In this document: piece after piece, positions 20,982 through 31,340 of the stretch
How positions within the stretch are numbered: position 1 is the stretch's first letter
How the letters are laid out: every line of letters begins with the position of its first letter
DNA from: Candidatus Saccharimonadota bacterium
GTDB lineage: Bacteria; Patescibacteriota; Gracilibacteria; BD1-5; UBA6164
DNA: 32,000 nucleotides
NCBI GenBank assembly: GCA_965227835.1
Contig: OZ245768.1
Location: forward strand, 120,001-152,000
Direction of reading: 5' to 3'
Notes under the pieces: generated by a model
What the model saw: the letters and a program-made list of their open reading frames with translations, nothing else
Database searches by the model: none
What the model was told of the DNA's origin: nothing
Position numbers and translations under genes: made by a program

Positions 20982-21497
20982 CATGATATACCTCTTGGAA
21001 ATAGTGATTTTTCTGAAATAAATGCTGTAATGGAAATACCAAAATGATCAAAAGTAAAATATGAATTTGACTATAAAACAGGTTGCTTATGGGTTGATAG
21101 AGTTTGAAAAACTCCTATAAACTATACTTTTAACTATTGAGATTTACCTCAAACATGGAATAAAGGAGATAGTGATCCTCTGGATGTAATTATCCTTTGT
21201 AGTGAAAGTTTAACTCCTTGAACTGTTGTGCCTCTTAGAGTTATTTGATGATTAAAAATGATAGATAGTGGAGAAGATGATTATAAAATATTAGCTGTAG
21301 CAGATGACAAATATTATTCAAATGTTAATGATTTAGATGATGTAAATAAAAAAGAACTTGAAGATATAGAATATTATATGCTTCATTATAAAGATTTGCA
21401 TGGCAAAAAAGTAGAATTAAATTGATGGGATAATAAAGATAAAGCTCAAGAAATATTGAAAGTATGTCATGAAGAATATAAGAAAAAATTTCTTTAA
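20982..21497 (+). CDS. ppa: Inorganic pyrophosphatase (family I)
   Basis: 171 aa from ATG 20982: ..EINAVMEIPKGSKVKYEFDYKTGCLWVDRV..NYGDLPQTWNKGDSDPLDVIIL..VIGGLKMIDSGEDDYKILAV..HYKDL. The canonical N-terminus MNLYHDIPLG lies in another frame starting at 20969 (see findings). Confidence 0.85.
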
Positions 21498-21534
21498 AAT
21501 GTTTTTTTTTTGCAATTTAGTTTTTTTGCAAATT

Positions 21535-21568
21535 AAACTAACTTACAAAATGTTTTACTATATATAAT
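21535..21568 (+). promoter_or_regulatory. Promoter-like conserved block, copy 1 (aaactaacttacaaaatgttttactatatataat)
   Basis: Repeated at 21717-21750 with 3 mismatches. Contains a ttacaa and tata(t/a)aat pair. Its 5' part (21538-21548) forms an 11-bp perfect inverted repeat with 21577-21587. Confidence 0.3.
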
Positions 21569-21716
21569 AAACTAAATTGTAAGTTAGACTATTTTAAAAT
21601 GCAACTTTAATTGAAAAAACAATTTTTACTTTTTGTCAACAGAGGGCTTTAGCCCTTTGATATTGTAAGAAGTTTCTATTTTTGAAAAGAGCCTATCTAG
21701 TTTGTTTATCAATACT

Positions 21717-21750
21717 AAACTAATTTACAAATTGTTTTACTATATAAAAT
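21717..21750 (+). promoter_or_regulatory. Promoter-like conserved block, copy 2 (aaactaatttacaaattgttttactatataaaat)
   Basis: 31/34 identical to 21535-21568. No ORF follows either copy. Confidence 0.3.
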
Positions 21751-22009
21751 GATAAATAACAATTAAATAAAAAACTCCTTGATTAAACAAGAGAGTTTTT
21801 TTAAAAAGAGAAACTCCCTACAATAGCAAAGCAAAAATCTTTTTTTATGAATATATAAGATCAAATAACTAAATATCTCTGCCTAAAAAAACAAAAAACA
21901 ACAAGGCTAAAGTCTTCTGTTGAAGAAGATATAATATCAAAGGAATAAAGCTCTCTATCTACTAAAAATAAATTTATATATTTAAGAATTAATTCTTCAA
22001 TCTCTCATT

Positions 22010-22041
22010 AAAAAACCATTTCCAATTGGAAATGGTTTTTT
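22010..22041. terminator. Bidirectional intrinsic terminator (perfect palindrome)
   Basis: aaaaaa-ccatttccaattggaaatgg-tttttt. Lies immediately downstream of the minus-strand ATPase gene and at the end of the non-coding island. Confidence 0.7.
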
Positions 22042-22044
22042 AAG

Positions 22045-23241
22045 TTATATGATTTTTAGCAATTCATCAAAACTAACTATTTTTATATTTTTTGAATTTC
22101 AAATCTTACTTCAAAATTCACTTTTATTATCTAAAACTATATATTTGTAAAAGCTAGATTTTACATTTAAGTCTTTATTTTCTTCTTTAGTAATAATTTC
22201 AGGAACTTTTATTAATCTATTTATAGATTTTTTAATATTTCATATATCTTTACTTTTACAAATATCTATAAATATTGTTACACTTTCTAAATCATTATTT
22301 CATTTTTTTACTGTTTTATTTCCATAAAACAAAAATTCATAAACACCATTTATTCAAGAATTTATTTTATATCAACTTTTTTCCAACTCATTAAATAAAA
22401 AGTTTTCTTTAATTAAGCTTAAATCTAAACTGAAATTATATAAACTATTTCTAAAGTCACTACTTGAAAAATAATACTTTACTCTAGTATTTATTTCTTT
22501 TTTCTTTTTAAAATCAAAAACATAAACTGGTTTTAATATCTTTGCATTTATAGAATATTTTAAATAATCTATCATTGTAATAAGAGATACTTTTATGCTA
22601 TTATTTATTTCTTTATTTAATTCTCTTAAAGAAACATTTCTGTTTAAATTACTTAAATATGTCAAAGTATAAATATACAAATATATATTTTTTACATTAT
22701 ATATTTTTATTATTTCTTCAAAAATAGTATTTTTAGTTTTTAAATCTTCTAGATATTTATTTTTGTTATTATAAACTATATCAAATTCTCTTTTTTTATC
22801 GCTAAATATTTCAAATTCTTTTTTGTTTCATATCTTTATACTATTTGATATTATTATAGTTATATAAGAATTATTATATAAATATTTTATATATTCTTTT
22901 ATGTTTTTTACTCAATCTAGGTTCTCCAAAATTATCATTTTAGGATTATTATATTTACTTTTATATAACTCTAATATATCTTTTAAGCTATTTTTATCTT
23001 CTAAAATATTATTTAAATCTAAGGATTTATTCAAATACAAAAAATAATCTTTCAAATTACTATTTGATATTATATAGCTTATAACAGATGTTTTTCACAC
23101 ACCTTTAATTCAAGATATAACTATAATTTTTTCTTTTTTGATATATCAAACTATATCATTTATTGTATTTTTTGAGACATCTTCTCTGTATCATTTTGAA
23201 TCCAGAAAATATTTTTTACTTCTTTCTATTAGATTTATCAT
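22045..23241 (-). CDS. AAA-superfamily ATPase (AAA_14 + DUF4143-like architecture)
   Basis: 398 aa, frame verified. Walker A ISGIKGVGKTS, Walker B-like MIILENLD. The C-terminal half resembles DUF4143-type proteins. Family assignment is from motif and architecture only. Confidence 0.6.
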
Positions 23242-23447
23242 ATTTTTGTTATTTTATAATTATACATTTTCTAAATTATTATAATAATTATTTACATTTA
23301 ATCAAATTATATTTAAAAGTATTTTTGAAATAAAGTGTTAATTTAGGATTTTGTTTTTTGTATTTTTTAAAAAATTAATAGTATATATAAAATTACAAAA
23401 TTAAAAATTTTTGACATATAAAAACTTAACTTATTAAAAATTTATTG

Positions 23448-25274
23448 ATGGATAAAATTGAAAAATCTTTGATAAACTTAATCAAACATATTTTAGAAAA
23501 AAACTACAGTCTAAATATAGAAAATCTAAAGCTTTTAAAACCACCAAAAGAGTTCTCATGAGACTTCTCATTTAATACCTGATTTCTTTCTAGTTATTTA
23601 AAAAAAGATCCAAAATTAATTTGTACAGAATTAAAAAATTTTATAGATTCTTTGAAGCAAGATAATTTAGAAAAAGAATATGAAGCCTATTTTAATTTAA
23701 TTGATGAAACTGAAGTATCTTGAATTTATCTTAATATAAAAATTGTTGAAAACTTATTCTTGGAAGAGTTTTTGAAACCTTCAAACTTTTTTAGTGAAAC
23801 AAGACTAAAAAATTCTTCTAAAAATATAGTTATAGATTATATATGAGCTAATGTATGAAAACCTCTTCATATTTGACATATATGTACACCAAATCAAGGT
23901 GAAACTATGGCAAATATATATAAATATTTATGATATAATGTTATAACAGATTCTCATATTTGAGATTGGGGAATTATTTTTTGAAAATTAATTTTTGGTT
24001 ATAAAAAATGGTGAGATGAAAATAAATTAAAACAAAATGCTGTTGATTATCTTTTGGAACTTTATGTGAAATCTACCGCTGAAGCTGAAAAAGATATTTT
24101 AATTGAAGAAAGATTTAGAGAAGAATTTAGACTATTATCTCAAGGTAATAAAGACTCCATAAAACTTTGGAATCTTTTTACCAAGGAGTCTATAGAATCA
24201 ATGAATACTCAACTTTTTAGATTAAATGTAAAACCAAACTTTAACATTTGAGAGAGTTTTTATGAATGATTAAACTTACCAAAAATGGAAAACTATCCTG
24301 ATTTAGAATACAATATGAAAGAAATTGTTTTAGAACTTATAGAAAAATGAATTGCTAAAAAAAATCAAGATAATTCCGTTTGAATTGAATTTCCTGAAAA
24401 TACAAAAATACCTAGCTGTATACTCCAAAAAAGAGATTGAACACATTGATATCTAGCTTCTGATTTAGCTTGTATAAAATATAGAATGGCTAACTGGCAA
24501 CCAGAACATATAATTTATTTCGTAGACTCTAGGCAAAAACTTCACTTAAGCCAAGCCTTTGAAATATCAAAAATGGCTTGATGGCTTGAATATCAAGATA
24601 ACTCAAAACAAAATCTAAGCACAAATCTTTTTCATGCATATAATTGATTTATAAGTTTGAAAGATTGAGCTATGTCTACTAGAAAATGAAAAATTATAAA
24701 ACTTTCCAAACTTTTGGATGAAGCAGAAGACAGAGCAAAAAAAATTATACTTGAAAAAAGAAGTGATATATCTTGAAGTGAACTTGAAAAAATATCTAAG
24801 ATTATAGCATCAGGAGCTATCAAATATTGATACCTAAAAAAATCTAGAGAAACAGATGTTGTATTTGATTGGGATGATTTTATGAATTTTGAATGAAATT
24901 CTTGACCATACATACAATATGCTTATGTAAGATCAAAAAGAATTTTTGAAAAAGAACCAAAAATACTAAAAAATTTTGATATATCCAACTTAAAGATAGC
25001 AAAAGAATCTTTATCTTTGATAAAAATTCTTCTTAAATACAATTCAAGCTCATCTCCAATTTTGGAAACTATAATTAAAAATATGCCACATATTTTAGCT
25101 TCTTATTCATATGAACTCACAAAATCTTTCAACAATTTTTATAACAATGTGGAAATACTAAATGAAAAAAATAGTAATCTTAGAAATTTATATCTTCTAA
25201 TAAACAAGAGTTTTCTTGAAACAATAGAAAAATGTTTTGAACTTTTAGGTATTTCTATGCCAGAAAAAATGTAG
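23448..25274 (+). CDS. argS: Arginine--tRNA ligase
   Basis: 608 aa, frame verified. Motifs ANVGKPLHIGH (HIGH, with Gly = TGA at 23874-23876), SHIGDWG, AMSTRKG, and the C-terminal DALR-type anticodon-binding region. Confidence 0.95.
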
Positions 25275-25294
25275 AAATTAATTTTTTTAAATAA

Positions 25295-25957
25295 ATGCCA
25301 ACAGATTACAATTCTTTTGCAAATACTTTTTCTAATTCTAGGAAAAATATGAAATGGGAGGAGCTATACTATTTTTTAGATAAAAGTAAAAATTATTTCA
25401 AAAAAAAAGATTTAAGTATTCTTGATGTTTGATGCTGAAATGCTAGGCTTTTATCTCACATTAAAGAACTTGATTTTCAATTTAAAAACTATCTTTGAAT
25501 AGACTCTTCAAAAGCTTTATTAAAAGAAGCTAAGATTTATCACCCAGAAGTTAGTTTTCTTAATCTAAATATGCTTAACCTAGAAACAATAAAAGAAAAA
25601 TACAATCTTATATTTTTTATAGCATCTTTTCATCATTTAGATAAACTTGAAGACAGAATTGAAGTCTTACAAAAAACTTATGATAAAATTAAGTCTTGAT
25701 GATTACTTTTTATTACAAATTGGTCTCTTAGAAGCGAAATTAACTATGAAAAATATAAAAATTCAATTATTCCTTGAAGTGAAAATGAATTTTGAAGTTT
25801 TGATTATGAAATAAAAATATGAGAATATAAAAGATATTATCATTGTTTTAATTTAAAAGAATTAGGCTTTATATTTAGAAAAACACATTTTGAAATCATT
25901 GAAAACAGAGAGTTTGAAAATAAAAAGAATTTTTTATCAATACTAAAAAAAAGATAG
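25295..25957 (+). CDS. Class I SAM-dependent methyltransferase
   Basis: 220 aa. Motif I is ILDVGCGNARL, post-I is LGIDSS, and motif II-like is LIFFIASFHHL. Confidence 0.7.
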
Positions 25958-25978
25958 AGTTTAACTCTATCTTTTTTT
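25945..25978. terminator. Bidirectional terminator between convergent genes
   Basis: agatagagt (25952-25960), loop tta, actctatct (25964-25972), flanked by an A-run and a T-run. Confidence 0.65.
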
Positions 25979-26753
25979 ACTCAAAATCAGATACAGGGTA
26001 GGGAATTCATTGGTTTTCACTGCTAGAATTTGAAGTTATGATTTGTTCATCTCAATCTTCCAGTATGGATCATGATGCAGATCATATTAGAGTTTCTGGA
26101 CAATCATCTGGTTCTCAATAACAAGACTGTTTATCATACGATCAAGATATCTTAGTCATATACTTATCACTTCAATCTTTTTTTATTGTGTATGCTATGT
26201 TATAATCATTTCACCTACTTGTTCAGTCTGTTTTTATATTTTTTTTGTAAATGGCATAAATATATCTACCTATTCAATAATCTATCATTTTCTCGTTACT
26301 TCCTGTAAGATTTATATCTCAAAGTTCTGGATCATACAAATCTTTAGTAAGATATTTTTTTCATAGAGTATTTTGTGATATAGTTCATTTATATCATATA
26401 TCCAAACTTGATCAGCTCGCAACTATTAGTCATCATCAACTACCACTTTCTATTCTTTCTATTTCTTGATCATCATACTTTACATTAAGTGTATTTGATC
26501 TATTTGCTGTTGAACCTGTATATCACCACAAATTATTATCTGAATATAAATCTGTAGGAGGATAATAATTTTTATCAGCTTTATATTGCTGTAGAGCTGT
26601 TTCTATTGTAGAAACATCACTTATCTTTCTTCATGACATAGCCTTATCTACTGCTCATCCAAAATTTTGATAAGCAACTACTGATATTATAGCTAAAATA
26701 GTTATTACTACCAAAAGCTCAACTAGTGTAAAAGCATTATTTTTTTTCTTCAT
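25977..26753 (-). CDS. Type IV pilin / pseudopilin with N-terminal prepilin methylation motif
   Basis: 258 aa, frame verified. MKKKNNAFTLVELLVVITILAIISVVAY class III signal with the conserved Glu at +5. The variable C-terminal globular part is Gly-rich. Confidence 0.8.
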
Positions 26754-26836
26754 AATTATTTTTATATAAATTTTAAAATTCATTGTTACAATAGTCCTTT
26801 ATAATTAAAAGTAAAGTACATTCAACTAAAATCACT

Positions 26837-26864
26837 TTACAAATTATGCTTGGTCAATTATAAT
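26837..26864 (+). promoter_or_regulatory. Candidate promoter TTACAA-N16-TATAAT for rel
   Basis: ttacaa 26837-26842, tataat 26859-26864. Its position argues that ATG 26898, not TTG 26850, is the start. Confidence 0.45.
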
Positions 26865-26897
26865 GATAAGTATTCAATTTTTTATTTTTCAAAATTA

Positions 26898-29147
26898 ATG
26901 ACTCATACAAAAAGTAAATCAACTGACTATAGTGAAATTGATAAAAAAGTTAACTCAATTATAAAAGAAGCCCAAAGCTATATAGAAAATCAGAGTGACT
27001 CTTTTATTGAATCAGAAATATATAAAGCATATAAATATTCTCGTAGTTCCCATGAGTGACAGCTTAGATTATCTTGAGATCCATATATTCTTCACCCAGT
27101 TGAAGCTACAAAAGTACTTTTATATCTTAAACCTGATATAAAAGCTATACAAGCTTGTTTGCTTCATGATGTTATAGAAGATACACCAAAAACTTCCCTT
27201 GATATATTAGAAAATTTTTGAGAAGAGGTAAAAATACTTTGTGAATGAATGGAAAAACTTTGAAAAGTTAGATTTGTTTGAGAGGATAGGGATATTTGAA
27301 GTCTTAGGAAAATGTTTATTGCTATGGCTGATGATTTGAGAGTTATTTTTATAAAGCTATCTGATAGGATCCATAATATGCGAACACTCAGATATCATCC
27401 TAAACCAGAAAAAAGAGAAAGAATAGCACTTGAAACATTAAACATATATGCTCCTATAGCAGATAGGTTATGACTGTATCATTTTAAAAATTACCTAGAA
27501 GAAGAGAGTTTTAAAATACTTGAACCTGAAGATTATAAGAAAATACTTAGGGAGTTAAAAAGTATGAGTAACTACATGAAACTTTTCTCTAAACATATAG
27601 AAAAAGAAATATCAAAACTTTTAGATGAAAACTGAATAAAAAATTACAAAATAGATTATAGAATTAAATCTATATATTCTGTATACAAAAAAATGCAAAA
27701 AAAAGATCTAGATTCTATAAAATCTCTATATGATATATTTTGAGCTTTAATAATAGTTCCAGATGAAGCAACTTGTTATAGAGTACTTGGATTAATACAT
27801 AAAAATTGGAATCCCATACCCAAAAGACTAAAAGATTATATAGCCTTACCAAAACCAAACTGATATAAATCAATCCATACAACTGTAATATGACTTTTAA
27901 AAGATTATAGGAAACAGCCCACTGAAATTCAAATAAAAACTTATAAAATGAAAGAATTCTCTGATATGGGTATTGCTGCACACTTTGAATATAAGGAAAA
28001 AGGTAGTGTTAAGTCTAGCGAGATAGACTGGGTAAAAGAATTAAAAGATATAACCCATGATTTGAATAACAATGATAACGAATTTGTTAGTTCTCTTAGA
28101 ATAGATATTTTCAAAGATAGAATTTTTGTTTTTACTCCAAAAGGGGATTTAGTAAATCTTCCTTCCTGATCTACCCCTATAGATTTTGCTTACTATGTAC
28201 ACAGTGATCTTTGAGACAAAATAAACATAGTAAAAATAAATTGAGAATTAAAAACTCTAGACAAAGAACTACAAAACTGAGATGTAATTGAAATATCTAT
28301 TGATAAAAATAAAAAACCAAATCCCTTTCGGTTATCATTTGTAAAAACAAACAAGGCAAAAAATAGGATAAAAAACTTTTTAAAAACAGAAAATAAAGAC
28401 TTATACAGGGAAAAGGGGAGAGAAATACTTGAGAGATATTTGGAAAAAACTGGTATATTTACTCTAGACAAAGATTTATCAATATTAAAGGTTTTAGAAT
28501 GAAGGGAAAATAGTATGGAAGATAGACTTCAAATCCTTGAGCAAATATGAAATTTTTCTATTCCTGCTTCTGTAATTTTTAAAAGAATTTTAAAAACAAA
28601 AAAGATAAATTTAGATAATAATAAAATTTCAAAAACTAAAAATGATTTAGAAACAAATAATGATAATACTAAAAAGAAAAAATTGATTATTGGTTGAGAA
28701 GAAAATTTAGACTATAATCTTTGACACTGTTGTTGTATATGAAATAAAATTCCTAAAAAAATGGTAGCTCACATAAATAGAGATTCTAAAATAACAATAC
28801 ACAAGAGAAATTGTTATATAATAGAAAAATCTAATAAAGATAGGTTACTTTCTGCATATATAGCTTCTGATAGAAATGATTTTATAGAAATAAAAATAAT
28901 TTTAACGGTTGTAAATAAAAAATGAATATTAAAAGCAATTTCAGATATTATGTATATAATGGATATTAATATTGAGGAGGTTTCTTATGTGGCAACACGC
29001 AAATATAAATGAGATATACATTTGAAATTAGAGATACCAGATTATGATTATTTACTTGTTGATAGATTAATTTGAAGAATAGAAAATGGTTTATGATCTG
29101 ACTTGCTTAAGTATAAGGTTGAAAATAGCAAATTAGTTGAAAGTTAG
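26898..29147 (+). CDS. rel: Bifunctional (p)ppGpp synthetase/hydrolase (long RSH: HD, synthetase, TGS, ACT)
   Basis: 749 aa, frame verified. HD region [32 protein letters not shown]. Synthetase region [29 protein letters not shown] region [34 protein letters not shown]-like C-terminus. Confidence 0.9.
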
Positions 29148-29212
29148 TTTAGAGTTTCTAAATGTTATTATTTAAGAATGATTTAGGTATATTTTAAAAT
29201 ATTAAATTTTAT

Positions 29213-29249
29213 AAAAAAACTTTAGCCTTTTTTCGGGCTAAAGTTTTTT
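29213..29249. terminator. Bidirectional terminator between convergent rel and rpsO
   Basis: aaaaactttagcc pairs with ggctaaagttttt, 8-nt loop. Overlaps the rpsO stop codon. Confidence 0.65.
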
Positions 29250-29514
29250 ATTTTCTAATAGATAATTTTTGTAATATCTCTGCATGTTTTTCTGGATTTT
29301 TTCTTTTTAAGTAAGAAAGCATCTTTCTTCTTTTTGCAACCATAAGCATTATTCATCTTCTAGAATGGTTATCTTTTTTATGAAGATCTAGGTGTGTTTT
29401 TAAATTTTCTATCTCAGCTGTAAGTATAGCTATTTGTGATTCCGGAGCTCAAGAATTTCCTTTTCAGGCAAATTCTTCTATAAGCTTCTTTTTTTGTTCT
29501 TTGGTAACTGCCAT
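29248..29514 (-). CDS. rpsO: 30S ribosomal protein S15
   Basis: 88 aa: [88 protein letters not shown]. Confidence 0.95.
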
Positions 29515-29900
29515 AAGTATTTTTTATTAAATTAATATATCTAGGTTTCAAAAATTTTGTTTTTGTTTATCTAAGAAAACCCTGAAAAACTCATTTAAAA
29601 GAAAAACAATTCTTTTTTGTTAATTTTATTCGTAAAAATCACCTAAAAAATTTATTATTTTGTCAAAATTAAAGAATTATTCATATTTTCCTTAAACTAA
29701 ATTTTCTTATATCCCTATAAAAATAAACCAGAAAATACACCAGTTTATATATCAAATTATATAAACAAACCATGTAATAACAAATTTTTATTTGAGATTT
29801 TATAAAAATCTTTGATAATTAATTTATGTTTATAAATATTAAATTTTTTCTTTTCCAAATAACTTAAATTATTTCCAAAATTATTTTTTTATAAAAATAA

Positions 29901-31265
29901 ATGCAAAAATTTGATGTATTTTATTTTGAAAGTTTTTCTTTTGATAAACATTCACTGAAATCTAAATTTATATATAGTTTTGATAATAAAAAATACTTTG
30001 AAGAAGAAATAGATTTCATTTCAAAAGAATTTTTTATCAGAGACGATATAGATTTTGGAATAATAAAAAATATATTATTCCACATTCATATAGCTTTTTG
30101 AATAAGTTACTATAAGCTATTTCCTACAAAAAATCTCGTTGTCAAAACTTGAATTTTAAATGAAAATCAAATTAATTTTTGGAAAAAATTTTATCTAAAT
30201 GGTCTTTGAGAGTTTTTTTATAGAAATAAGATATTACCCATATGATTATGTAATTTCATTAATGGCTCAGATATTTTTTTCCAAAAAAAAGAATTTGAAA
30301 CTAAACCTAAATCTTTAGTACCAATTTGATGATGAAAAGACTCTATTGTTTCAATTGAGTTGTTGAAAAAGGATTCCTGTAGCTTTGATTTATTCACTTT
30401 CTGACCTAAAGACAATATATTATACAAAAAAACTCAAGAAATATCTGGTAAAAATAGGCTTTTTATAAAAAGATATATTCCTGACCTTTCAAATTTTAAA
30501 AATGGTGGGTATTATAACTGACATGTTCCTATAACTTGATTGATAGCCTTTGCAATGATGCTAGTTTGATATTTATATTCATATAAATATTTGATATTAT
30601 CAAATGAAAGATCTTCCAATTTTTGAAATATTAAATGGAAATGAATAGATATAAATCATCAATATTCCAAAAGTTTTGAATTTGAAAAAGACTTTAAATC
30701 ATATACTCAAAAATATATAACTAAAAATATTTTTTACTTTTCTCTTTTAAGATGATTTTACGAAATTAATATAGCACAATTATTTTACCTTTTATGAAAA
30801 AAATACTTTTCTTTTTTTTCTAGTTGTAATTATAATTTTAAAATATTTTCTTCTTTAGATAAAAATAAAATCTCGAAGATATATTGGTGTAACTCTTGCC
30901 CAAAATGTCTTTTTGTTTTTGCCATACTTAGACCTCATTTATCAACTAAAGAAGTTTTACAAATTTTTTGAAAAGATTTATTTGAAGATAGAGAGTTAGA
31001 AAATGGTTTTAGGGAACTTTTGTGAATATCTTGAATTAAACCATTTGAATGTGTATGAGAAAAACAAGAAGTAATATTTTCTATGTACAAAAGTCTAGAT
31101 AAATACAAAAATCTACCTTTTATTTTAAAAATGTTTGAAAAAGAAGTTCTTCCAAAATTTACTCATAGCCAGTTTCTAAAAATGGAAGAAAAGCTATACA
31201 AAATATATAAAGAAAATATTATACCAAAAGACTTTGAAAAAATATGAGAAAAACTTTTTTTTTAA
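29901..31265 (+). CDS. PP-loop (adenine nucleotide alpha-hydrolase) superfamily protein; possibly MurL-type UDP-MurNAc-L-Ala-L-Glu epimerase (tentative)
   Basis: 454 aa, frame verified. PP-loop-like LVPIGGGKDSIVS. C-terminal Cys motif YWCNSCPKCLFVF. The size, ATP-pyrophosphatase-type motif and adjacency to a PBP gene suggest a cell-wall role. The specific assignment is from memory, not a search. Confidence 0.5.
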
Positions 31266-31340
31266 CTAGAAACTTAAAAATTAAATTCTATGAAAAAATA
31301 ATAAACTTTTAATAATTTTTTGCTAACTAATTTTTAAAAA

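Noticed and set aside
26850-26897. TTG 26850 as the rel start (as in the ORF track).
   Set aside because: A good TTACAA-N16-TATAAT promoter (26837-26864) overlaps it, so transcription probably begins downstream. ATG 26898 is in frame and gives a normal N-terminus. This remains uncertain.
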